From Dehalococcoidia bacterium (lineage in GTDB: Bacteria > Chloroflexota > Dehalococcoidia > Lucifugimonadales > UBA3495), in assembly GCA_965207865.1 (NCBI GenBank), contig CBDBNP010000006.1, forward strand, positions 916,015 through 980,014: a stretch of DNA of 64,000 nt, in the 5' to 3' direction. Made by a program: the position numbers and the translations under genes. Shown in pieces: positions 1 to 9,107 of this stretch. How positions within the stretch are numbered: the first letter of the stretch is position 1; every line of letters starts with the position of its first letter. The notes under the pieces are model-generated. The model was given only the letters and a program-made list of their open reading frames with translations. It was not told the DNA's origin and did no database searches.

Positions 1-296
1 ACCAGTTGAGCGGGGAGATGCCGCCGGAGCTGGGCAACCTCGCCAACCTGGAAGAGCTGTTGCTCAACGACAGCCAGTTGAGCGGGGAGATACCGCCGGA
101 GCTGGGCAACCTCGCCAACCTGAAAACGCTGCACCTCCAGGTGAACCAGTTGAGCGGGGAGATACCGCCGGAGCTGGGCAACCTCGCCAACCTGACATAC
201 CTGTCCCTCTGGGGGAACCAGTTGAGCGGATGCGTGCCAAGCAGCCTGGGAGACCAGTTGTCCACTGTAAACATTGGCGACCTGCCCTTCTGCTAG
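1..296 (+). CDS. C-terminal part of a plant-type leucine-rich-repeat protein (5' truncated by window edge)
   Basis: 24-aa repeats LSGEIPPELGNLANLxxLxLxxNQ (72-bp DNA period); typical ending LSGCVP...LPFC*. Confidence 0.9.
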   Translation, partial: QLSGEMPPELGNLANLEELLLNDSQLSGEIPPELGNLANLKTLHLQVNQLSGEIPPELGNLANLTYLSLWGNQLSGCVPSSLGDQLSTVNIGDLPFC

Positions 297-683
297 TGCC
301 AGCAGTTCTCAGCCGGGGGCGGACGGTCTGTCGCCTTGCATGCGCTTATGGCGCGTGTTGGCTATCGCGCAATTAGGACCGGGGGGTAAAGAAAATGACC
401 AGTAGACGGGTGACGAAATAAGGGACACAGTTGAGCATCGTCCTTGCGCTGGCCCTTACGGCAGTGCTCATGGCCTGGGGCGGCGATTCGCCGGAGACCG
501 ACGGGGATCGGGCCGCCCGGCCGGGCATCGCGGTCGCCGTGCTGGTGGTGTGGTGGCTTATCGCGAAGCGGTGGCGTGGCTCCTGCTGACGTGAGAATTG
601 ACTGGCCGCTCTTGAGCCACACCCGAATGACAGATAAGATGCCTCATATTGACTCCAGCTATGATGCACAGGAGCAACACGAT

Positions 684-950
684 ATGAACCAACTTACGGT
701 CAGGGGATTCGATGACGAACTGGATGCAATCATGCGCCGCCTGGCAAGGCAGGAGGGAATCTCCCTGAATCAGGCGGCGTTGAGGCTGCTCAGGAAGGGC
801 GCCGGCCTGACGGACAACAGCAACGGTAATCCCAACGCGATAGGCACTTCGTTGGACGACCTGTTCGGCGCATGGAGCCGGGATGAAGCCGAGAATTTCA
901 ATGCGGCTATTGAAATCTTCGGGACGGTGGACGAGGCGGCGTGGTCATGA
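684..950 (+). CDS. Antitoxin, ribbon-helix-helix (FitA/VapB-like)
   Basis: ATG 684 after AGGAG; MNQLTVRGFDDELDAIMRRLARQEGISLNQAALRLL; ATGA overlap with the PIN toxin gene. Confidence 0.8.
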   Translation: MNQLTVRGFDDELDAIMRRLARQEGISLNQAALRLLRKGAGLTDNSNGNPNAIGTSLDDLFGAWSRDEAENFNAAIEIFGTVDEAAWS

Positions 951-1345
951 GGATTTTGCTGGATTCCAACGCCTACTCCGCGTTCTTGAGGGGCAGCCAC
1001 GAGGTGAGAGATCTTATACAGGTCGCCGAGGAGGTGCTCTTGTCGGCGGTTGTAGTAGGCGAGCAGATGTACGGCTTCCGGCAGGGGGCACATTTTGAGC
1101 GGAACCTGGCGGAACTTCGATCCTTCCTCGAACGTCCCTACGTGTCCTTCGTTCCCGTGGGTCCGGTGACTGCGGACCGGTACGCGCGGGTTATGACGGC
1201 GCTGAGGGCGAAGGGGCGCCCAATTCCGACCAACGACGTCTGGATTGCGGCCCACGCCATGGAAACGGGCGCCGACCTGGTTTCCGCCGACAGCCACTTC
1301 GAGCACGTTGACGGGATTGCGTGGGTCCGGTTGTCGGCAAGTTGA
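947..1345 (+). CDS. vapC: PIN-domain toxin (VapC family)
   Basis: ILLDSNA...VVGE...IPTNDVWIAAHA...LVSADSHF PIN motifs. Confidence 0.93.
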   Translation: MRILLDSNAYSAFLRGSHEVRDLIQVAEEVLLSAVVVGEQMYGFRQGAHFERNLAELRSFLERPYVSFVPVGPVTADRYARVMTALRAKGRPIPTNDVWIAAHAMETGADLVSADSHFEHVDGIAWVRLSAS

Positions 1346-1376
1346 AACCTGATACAGCTAACAGGAGGAGTAAGAG

Positions 1377-2030
1377 ATGAGGAAACAGTTCCAACCCTCA
1401 CGCCGGCGGCCCTCCACGCCAGGGTGTCCAGCGACCGCCAGGACGTAGACCTCTCCGTCGCCGCCCAGATGCGGGCGCTCCACGACTACGCCGAGAGCAA
1501 CGGCTACACCGTGGCCCGCGAGTAGGTGGACGAGGCCGAGAACGGCAGAATCGCCGATAGGCCCCAGTTCCGCCGGATGATCGACGACGGCGGCAAGGCA
1601 CGGCCCCTTTCCAGGTGATCCTGGTCTGGAAGTTCAGCCGGTTCACCCGCAAGCGGGAGTACGCCGTGGCCTTCAAGTCCGTGCTCCGGCGCAAGGGAAT
1701 CCGAGTCGTCTCCATCACCCTAGTAGACCAACTACTTTGAAATGATGGGCGACGAGGGCAACCACAAGGGTTGCCCCTACCAGTCAGAGGCAGTTGCGTA
1801 GGGGCCGCCCCTTGTGTGCGCCCTGACCGATTCCACCAAGGCTAACCATCAATGCAAAGATTTCGCACCCTAGCAAGCCGACTACTCCCCCACCGGCAAG
1901 CTGATGGAGGCCATCATCGAGTCGGTGGACGAGTTCTACAGCGAAAATCTTGCCGAAGAAGTTCGGCGGGGAATGCGTGAGGCCGCCTCAAGGGGGTTCT
2001 GGGTCGCCAGCCGGGTCTCTTACGGCTACC
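1377..2030 (+). pseudogene. Decayed large serine recombinase, paralog of 7503..9107
   Basis: RBS AGGAGG and ATG 1377; DNA closely follows the intact LSR (ARVSSDRQDVDLSVAAQ, LVWKFSRFTRKRE, PTGKLMEAIIESVDEFYSENLAEE) but has frameshifts, a TAC>TAG stop near 1523, a 150-bp insertion, and is truncated near 2030. Confidence 0.9.
1716..1873. mobile_element. REP-doublet (REPIN/MITE-like) insertion with CACCCTAG direct repeats
   Basis: CACCCTAG at 1716-1723 and 1866-1873; two oppositely oriented GTAG-family REP palindromes at 1755-1780 and 1798-1824; absent from the intact paralog. Confidence 0.75.
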
Positions 2031-2077
2031 TTCTCGCCGCCCATGACAGTCGCCAAGGCCATGCGGGGTGTTGAGGA

Positions 2078-2842
2078 CTACAAATCCCGTTGGGTTCCTG
2101 CTGGCCAGTCAACTTCCCGCATAGCCCAGCGAGCATTATCAATCTGTCCGAGGGCTCCAAGATAGACTGCGCCATCGGAGAAAAGATACGCTGTCGTTGT
2201 GAACAACTTCGCATTACCGGGGAGGGAAGCTCGGTCTGTCGTCCATCCATTGGAAGCTCCCGTCACATCCCATCTGTCAGGACCCGAAGTTGCCCACTGA
2301 ACGGAATTTGGAGCAACCGGCCAAACTTCCGCTTCCACGTAGAGGTCACACCATCCCACCCCGCCAGCGGGAAGACCCCTAACCTCGCCACCTCCCTCCT
2401 CGTATCCGATTTCTAGCATCCTGCACCATCTCAGGACTTCGGAGGGTGCTCGGAATATTGGGATACTATTCAGGGCGGGAGGCAACACTGAACCCTGGCG
2501 AGGAGGGCCAGGCTGGTACAAAGCGAAGTCATCTAGAATGCCGAAGTCGTTGGGGTCAGGCGGCCCTACATGGACCTCGCCCGCATATCGCGCGCCGTAG
2601 AGAGCCCCAGCAAAGAACGCTGTGTCAGGGTTGGACAAGGGCAGATACAATATAGTTGAGCTTCCGTCCACGAGTTCGTGTAATTCGTCCATCTGGGTGG
2701 TCGCTGGCGCCCTTACCAGCATTCCACCTGACACCAAGGCCGTCGTCACACCCGGCAACCACGTATCGCCGGGATCCCCCCGACGATGCACACGTAACGA
2801 GACATTGATCCCTCCTCTTGAACGTCGCTCCGCTGTTCTCAA
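2078..2842 (-). CDS. Hypothetical protein, possibly degenerate
   Basis: 254-codon ORF with globular-looking composition in a lower-GC stretch; no motif recognised; start uncertain. Confidence 0.4.
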   Translation of the reverse strand: MRTAERRSRGGINVSLRVHRRGDPGDTWLPGVTTALVSGGMLVRAPATTQMDELHELVDGSSTILYLPLSNPDTAFFAGALYGARYAGEVHVGPPDPNDFGILDDFALYQPGPPRQGSVLPPALNSIPIFRAPSEVLRWCRMLEIGYEEGGGEVRGLPAGGVGWCDLYVEAEVWPVAPNSVQWATSGPDRWDVTGASNGWTTDRASLPGNAKLFTTTAYLFSDGAVYLGALGQIDNARWAMREVDWPAGTQRDL

Positions 2843-4323
2843 ACGACCGGAGCGTGTGGCATCTGCGGCCTGGTTAATGCTCTCCAGCAGCTATGCCGCA
2901 CTAGGGATGGAAGGGTCAGTAGTTGCTGATCAACTCCAACCCGAGCGTGAGGATACGGCGAAGCAGGTCAACCGCTACGCAGGTGAATCCAATAGGGAAA
3001 GGGGCGCAGGGAGTGCCGTGCTGTCTCCGGTTGCCACCTCCTAGATTCAGTCCGTGGGGCAGGGAATCCGCCTTGGGTCGGGATACCAGGTGAGGCGCAC
3101 GGTGCGCCTGGGTTAACGTCCCTCGCGGACGCCCATCGAGAGAGCGCGATGCTCAATCCTCCTGAGACGGTCCGGCATGGGCGCCCGTTCGGAGAGCTAG
3201 GCTCAATCCTATGCGGCCATTCCCGGGTCCTGGGACGGGACCCTCCAGTTTTCTCGGCAGGAATCACTGGCAAAAGCCCGATCACGTAATCCAGTATCCG
3301 GCACCACGAGGCCGGATGCAATGCTCTTGCCGCCATCGCCCCCCAAATTGTTCGCAAAACTCTAAGCACGGGCCCGCGACGGCGTTGACCACCATCAATG
3401 CCACCGGCAAGGCGTCGTCATTATCCTCACCTCAGGACGCTACCGCCGCCACAGCCCGGAGTGACCCACCGCCGAGCCCGGCGCAGCATTTCCAGACAGG
3501 CGCGCCTTTGCCGGAGTTTGGCCAGATCCCCCCAACTGCCAGTACAACTGCTCGTTGCGGTCCAGGACCCAAGGCGGCGCCGTCTCTGGGGCAAGATCAT
3601 CAGCCGCAGGTCCGGCCGGGCGCCGCCGCGTGGGGTTCTGGCCCCGTAGCTCCGTTGTACGATCCTCAACCCCCTGCAAACTTGTCGTTTTCGGTTGGGG
3701 CCTGCCACCCGGGGCAGTTCCGACTACCGCAAACTTGTTGTTTTCCAACGTGGGCCTTGCTCGCTAGCCGCAACCGGCCCTTGACAGAAAATGTTCGCTG
3801 TTTCGGTCCGGTAGGGGGTGATTTACCCGCGACTCAGCTTTGAAACTGCCCGCATCTGCAAACTTGCGTCCAAACCACTTTCCTGTACAACCCCCTGACC
3901 TCGCAACGTTTTTTCTCAGCATTGTCCTGGAGATTGGATCGAGGTATCAGGGGAGGCGCCGGGACCACTACATCAATGAAATCCCTTTCGAGGGATAACG
4001 CTAGGTTCTCACGGCCCGCAGACTGGCCGCTGAACACCACATAGCCATAGGCAACGGCGGGGAATCGGTACGCAATCCCGCCAAGACCGGGCAGAAGGAG
4101 CGAAAGGGAGACTGAAAAGACGGGGTGTGTAGGGACCCGCACTCGTGCGGCCCCCTGTGAGAGGTTCTTTCCGGCGTCCCGGTGACGCACACTCAATAGC
4201 AGAGCCGGAGACGATGCCGGTGGCCCAATCCCACCCATACGTAACCGAGGTGAACGACATGTTCCTGAATCCGATGACCCAGCTCGACACCGAGGCCCAA
4301 TCACACAACGCCAACGAGAGGCT

Positions 4324-4557
4324 ATGCGAGACAAGACGAGAACAAACGGAAAGACGCGCTCCTCTGGGGACGACCGGAAATCAGGGACCGCCGACGGGAA
4401 GGCTCCAAAGCGAACATCCCCGCAGCTCACCGACGGCGAACAGGAGAGGATTCAGACGGGCTGCGCATCCTGGCCCGGATGATCGTCCGCGCCCACCTGC
4501 GGCAAGTGGCCGACCGGCCAGGCCCGGCGCCTGACGAGCCGCCATCTTGCAAATGAC
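4324..4557 (+). pseudogene. Frameshifted small basic protein, paralog of 11110..11358
   Basis: ...PQLTDGEQERIQT then, after a frameshift near 4460, GLRILARMIVRAHLRQ; compare PQYTARQREQVRKGLRILAKVIVRVHLRK. Confidence 0.6.
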
Positions 4558-4758
4558 CTGCCAGCTAAACCGCTTATGAACCAGTGCCGCGTTCGATACT
4601 TTCCCCGACATCCCGTGGTCCCCGCCCATCCTTGCGCGGCTCGCCTGTTACCACAAAACCCGCCCGAATGTAATCCCTTGCAAGACCTTATGTTCGACCA
4701 ATTTCTCCCGGACAATGGAGTGTTAGACCGTCGCCCAAGGAGAAATGCTTTGACCATA

Positions 4759-6771
4759 ATGAAACCGGCAACGCCGGAGCCCGCCGAACACGCGGCGAGG
4801 AACAACCAGGCCCTGACCAACGCCATTGGAGACTACGTGCGCGCCCACCAGCGGCGGCACGGGCAGGCGAAGACCGCGGCGGCCCTGGGCGTGTCCCGCC
4901 ATACCCTGTGGCGCTACCTGGGGCGGGGCAACAGCGGGCGCGCCGTGCCCGCCGCCGTCTTGAACTGCGTGGGCCAGAGCGTCCGGGACATCGAGGCGGC
5001 CACGCTGGAGATCATCATCGACCTGGAAGGGCTGCGTCCCGACCCGGCCCTGCGCCCCCTGCGCCGGAGACTGGAGGGCGCGCTGCTGCTGGTGTGCGCC
5101 ACGCCCCTGGCCACCGTGGATGAACTGGCCCGCTTTGAACGTGTGCCCGCATCCACGCTGCGCGAACGGCTGGAGAAGCTCGTCAAGCGCGGCCTGGTGG
5201 ACACCGCATCCCACCACCTGGGCGCCCTGGGGTCGCGTCCCCAGCGCCGGTACTTTCCCACGGACAAGGGCGTCACCGCCGCCGGCGCCGCCACCCAGGG
5301 CCGCAGGCACATGCTGACGGCCTACCCGGTATCGAAGCAGTGGTTCCGGCTGCTGGCGGAGCGGCTGGACGCCGTGGCCGTGCTCTACCGCGTCGCCGCC
5401 ATGGTTGCCGACGCCGACCAGCATCAAAACCCGGTGCGGGTGGACCACTACCGCCACGGCCCCTACGACCTGCTGCTCACTCTGTCCGGTGGCCTTACCA
5501 TCGGCGTGATACGCCACGGACCGGCATTGCCCGGCTCCAACCTGCGCTACCGGCTGCGCGGCATCGAGCATCTGCCCAGCAACCATAGGCCCTTCCTCGC
5601 CCTGGTACTGACCCATGCCGACCAGGCCACCCGCCGGGCCGTCCGCGCCCTGGGCGACCCCACGGAACACCGCCGGACCTTCGTGGCCACCGAGGGGGAG
5701 CTGCTGGCCGGGGACCACACCGGCGTGGTCTGGCAGCAGGGCGGCAGCGGCCTGGGCCAGGACCCTCCAGTGAACATCGTACCCGAGACCAGCCTGGCGG
5801 ACATCCTGCCGTGGGCGGAGGGCCTGCTGGAATCATCCCACCAGTCCCTCCGCGACAACCCCAGGCCCGACGCGGACGATCTCTATTCCTACAGCGTGCA
5901 GGCAGCCATGCCGCAGCCCGCCCAGCAGCTGGCGTCGGCCCTGGCAGTGCAACTGACCCGGGGCGAGAAGGACGCGCTGGACCTGCTTTGCGCTTGGCCC
6001 CTGTGCACCCGGGAGCAGCTGGCCGGACTGATGGGCGGCGTTACCCTGCGCCGGGTCAACCAGGTGCTCCGTTCCCTCCGTGAACACGACCTGGTTCAGG
6101 AGGACGATTCCCGGCTCATGCTCACCGACCGGGGCCTGACCTGCCTGGCCCGCCGGGACCGGGCCGCCGTGGGCCTCACTCTGGACCGCTGGACCGCCCA
6201 GCCCGCCGTCTCCAACCCATCGGTCTACGCCGGAAGCGCCCTGCGCGCCCTGGCCTCCCAGATGCGCCACCAATGCGGCGTAACCGGCTTTGCCGCCGCC
6301 CTGAGCGCTGAGGTTGCCCGTTCCCAGGATTATGATCTGTTCGACCTGCTGCCTACCCACCGCGCCAGCATTGGCTACCGCTGCCACCGGACCAACTACG
6401 TGATCCATCCCGACGCCTCCTTCACCCTGGAGTACAAAGGCAAGTGGCTTCCCTTCCTGCTGGAGTTCGAGCGAAGGGCCACCACGCCCGGCCGCATCCC
6501 CCAGCGGCTGGCGTCCTACCAGCGCTACTTCGCCTCAGGCTGGGCAGAGCGGGACCACGGGGGCCACAAGCCCGGGGTGCTGTTCGTGTTCGAGACTCCG
6601 GAGAGTGAGGCGGCCTTCCTGGACGTGTCCGACGGCACGGAGGAGCTGGACGTGATCACCTCCAACGCGGAAACCCTCATGGAACAGGGCGTCCTGGGCG
6701 AGGCGTGGATCTTTCCGCCGCCCCACTCCCTGGACCGGATGCCGCTGGCCGGATTGTACCCAGTTCCCTAA
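4759..6771 (+). CDS. HTH plus tandem wHTH/PD-(D/E)xK protein, Replic_Relax (MOBC-like relaxase) family
   Basis: N-terminal HTH (TAAALGVSRHTLWRYL); two wHTH-nuclease modules; C-terminal IHPDA...FLLEFERRA; start uncertain (4690 or 4759). Confidence 0.75.
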   Translation: MKPATPEPAEHAARNNQALTNAIGDYVRAHQRRHGQAKTAAALGVSRHTLWRYLGRGNSGRAVPAAVLNCVGQSVRDIEAATLEIIIDLEGLRPDPALRPLRRRLEGALLLVCATPLATVDELARFERVPASTLRERLEKLVKRGLVDTASHHLGALGSRPQRRYFPTDKGVTAAGAATQGRRHMLTAYPVSKQWFRLLAERLDAVAVLYRVAAMVADADQHQNPVRVDHYRHGPYDLLLTLSGGLTIGVIRHGPALPGSNLRYRLRGIEHLPSNHRPFLALVLTHADQATRRAVRALGDPTEHRRTFVATEGELLAGDHTGVVWQQGGSGLGQDPPVNIVPETSLADILPWAEGLLESSHQSLRDNPRPDADDLYSYSVQAAMPQPAQQLASALAVQLTRGEKDALDLLCAWPLCTREQLAGLMGGVTLRRVNQVLRSLREHDLVQEDDSRLMLTDRGLTCLARRDRAAVGLTLDRWTAQPAVSNPSVYAGSALRALASQMRHQCGVTGFAAALSAEVARSQDYDLFDLLPTHRASIGYRCHRTNYVIHPDASFTLEYKGKWLPFLLEFERRATTPGRIPQRLASYQRYFASGWAERDHGGHKPGVLFVFETPESEAAFLDVSDGTEELDVITSNAETLMEQGVLGEAWIFPPPHSLDRMPLAGLYPVP

Positions 6772-7223
6772 ATACAACTTTGCCGCGCCGGGGATTTCCT
6801 GTAGGGGTGGCCCAACGGGCACGATTGGACAAAATTCCTGCAACTTGCCGCCATCGTGTCCCGTTACATCCCCGCCACTGCAATGTGTTGCAGGGCCGAT
6901 GCGTCAGGCCGCCACCGCAGAGATACCATACTCAACCAACCGGGTATGCAATCCAGGTATGAACGCCAGCGACAAACACAGGGCCACGGAATCTGTCCGA
7001 TAGGGACAAGATTGACGTCGAGCGTGTCCAAAAGGGTCAGCGGAGCCGTTCCCGTGGTTTCCCATAGTTCCCAAAAGGGAAGTCGTTACCATTCCCGTGT
7101 CTGCGTGCAACAGGTCGAAAGGGTGCGAAATGTTGCAGGTTCCGGACCCGGCGGACACCCTCGCCATTCTTCACCGACGGCGGGCCGAGCGCTGGTTGCC
7201 CGGTGATATCCAGTAAGACAACG

Positions 7224-7232
7224 TGGTATAAT
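7224..7232 (+). promoter_or_regulatory. Extended -10 promoter (TGnTATAAT) for the RHH-LSR operon
   Basis: TGGTATAAT just upstream of the AAGGAG RBS and ATG 7252. Confidence 0.55.
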
Positions 7233-7251
7233 GGCCGCACAAGGAGTGCAC

Positions 7252-7479
7252 ATGGCCCCCATCATATCCAGGAACACCGAGACCGTCACGTTCTCATTGC
7301 CACCGGCGATGGCCCAGAGCCTGCGCCATGTGGCGAAGGAGGAGGAGCGCACCGTTAGCGAACTGCTTCGGGAGGCCATCCGCCTGTACATGGAGGAGCG
7401 GGAGTGGCGCGTGAAGGAGCGGATGCAGCGGCGGTCCCGCCGGGCGAACGCGGCTGAGACTACGGGAGACGAGACATGA
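7252..7479 (+). CDS. CopG/RHH DNA-binding protein
   Basis: TVTFSLPPAMAQSLRHVAKEEERTVSELLREAIRLY; AAGGAG RBS. Confidence 0.85.
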   Translation: MAPIISRNTETVTFSLPPAMAQSLRHVAKEEERTVSELLREAIRLYMEEREWRVKERMQRRSRRANAAETTGDET

Positions 7480-7502
7480 ACGAGAGCAGCAAAGGAGGCG
7501 AG

Positions 7503-9107
7503 ATGAAAAACCGGCAGTTTCAACCCCTGACCCCGGCGGCGCTCTACGCCCGGGTCTCCAGCGACCGCCAGGACGTGGACCTTTCCGTGGCCGCCCAGCT
7601 TCGGGCCCTGCGGGACTACGCCAAGAGCAACGGCTACTCCGTGGCCAGGGAGTACGTGGACGAGGCCGAGAGCGGCCGCATCGCCGACCGGCCCCAGTTC
7701 CGCAACATGATCGACGAGGGCGGCAAGGCCACGGCCCCTTTCCAGGTGATTCTTGTTTGGAAATTCAGTCGCTTCACCCGCAAGCGGGAACACGCGGTAG
7801 CGTTCAAGTCCATGCTCCGGCGCAAGGGCATCCGCGTTGTCTCCATCACCGAGCACGCCGACGACTCCCCCACCGGCAAGCTGATGGAGGCCATCATTGA
7901 GTCCGTGGACGAGTTCTACTCGGAAAATCTTGCCGAAGAAGTAAAACGGGGAATGCGGGAAGCGGCGTCCCGTGGTTACTTCCTGGCGTCCCGCGCTCCC
8001 TTTGGGTACAAGCGCATCAAGGTCAGCGACGGGGTGAAGGACCGCCCCACCCTTGAGGTTGACCCGGTGGCCGCGCCCATCGTCAGGGAGATATTCGAGA
8101 GTTCCCGCCGGGGCAACGGGCTCGCGGAAATCTGCAAGGAATTGAACGGTCGGGGCATCACCAACCGGGGACGCCGCTGGCAGAAGAACGTGGCCCACTA
8201 CCTGCTGACCAACGAGGCCTACACCGGCACCGCCGTCTGGGGAGTCAAGAGCAAGGACGAGAAGGCGGGTGAGCCGGTAAGGGTGGAGAACGCCTGGCCC
8301 GCCCTGGTTTCCAGGGAGACTTTCGAGGCGGTGCAGCAGGGTCTCCACCAGCGGGCGCCTACGGTGGCGGGGCCCGCACGGGTGGGCAGCCAGTACTTGC
8401 TGAGCGGACTGCTCCGCTGCGGGGTGTGCGGCAAGCCCTACTCGGCCCAGGGAGCCAAGAGCGGCCAGTTCGCCTACTACGTCTGCGCCAGCCTGTTCCG
8501 GGAGGGAGCGGGAGCGTGCAGCAACGGGCGATACCTGAACGCCGCGAAAGTGGAGTACCTGGTGATCGAGAAGGTCAGGGAGCGGATTCTCACCGAGGAG
8601 ACCATCACCGAGCTGGTGACCCTGGTGGCCGAGGAGATCGACAACCTGGCCGGTGAGGTCAACGGCAGGCTGACGGCCATCAACAGCGAACTATCCGACG
8701 TGGATACCCGGTTGGAGAACCTCTACCAGGCTTTGGAGACCAAGCAGTTGCCCATCGAGGTGATCTCGCCCCGCATCCTGGCGCTGAAGAGCCGCCAGGA
8801 CCAGCTGACGGCGGCGAGAGAGGGAGCCGAGGCCCAGTTGGAGCAGCGGCGGGCGGAACTGCCCACCAGCAAGGAGATCAAGGGGTACGTGGCCGACTTC
8901 CGCGCACTCTTCCAGGAAGGGACGTTCCCGGAGCGGAAGGCGCTCATCCGCAACTTCGTGCAGGGCATTGAGATCGTGGAGGACGAGGCGGTTCTGACGT
9001 ACACAATCCCCATGCCGCAGGACGGGGTTACGTCGGAATCGGCCTCGGTTCTTGATTTTGTCCAGTCCGGCCCACCATACTTGACGGTAGACAGTACCGG
9101 CCCGTGA
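7503..9107 (+). CDS. Large serine recombinase (LSR1): resolvase, recombinase and Zn-ribbon domains
   Basis: YARVSS catalytic motif, KFSRFTR, LLSGLLRCGVCG...YYVC, coiled coil; RBS AGGAGG. Confidence 0.95.
   Translation: MKNRQFQPLTPAALYARVSSDRQDVDLSVAAQLRALRDYAKSNGYSVAREYVDEAESGRIADRPQFRNMIDEGGKATAPFQVILVWKFSRFTRKREHAVAFKSMLRRKGIRVVSITEHADDSPTGKLMEAIIESVDEFYSENLAEEVKRGMREAASRGYFLASRAPFGYKRIKVSDGVKDRPTLEVDPVAAPIVREIFESSRRGNGLAEICKELNGRGITNRGRRWQKNVAHYLLTNEAYTGTAVWGVKSKDEKAGEPVRVENAWPALVSRETFEAVQQGLHQRAPTVAGPARVGSQYLLSGLLRCGVCGKPYSAQGAKSGQFAYYVCASLFREGAGACSNGRYLNAAKVEYLVIEKVRERILTEETITELVTLVAEEIDNLAGEVNGRLTAINSELSDVDTRLENLYQALETKQLPIEVISPRILALKSRQDQLTAAREGAEAQLEQRRAELPTSKEIKGYVADFRALFQEGTFPERKALIRNFVQGIEIVEDEAVLTYTIPMPQDGVTSESASVLDFVQSGPPYLTVDSTGP

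Noticed and set aside
3050-4300. Several overlapping 60-210 aa ORFs
   Set aside because: No RBS, motif or codon-bias support; probably non-coding or decayed sequence
8723-9070. LSR2 C-terminal 116 aa as a genuine domain
   Set aside because: It is the antisense read of LSR1 beyond the att-like junction; treated as read-through
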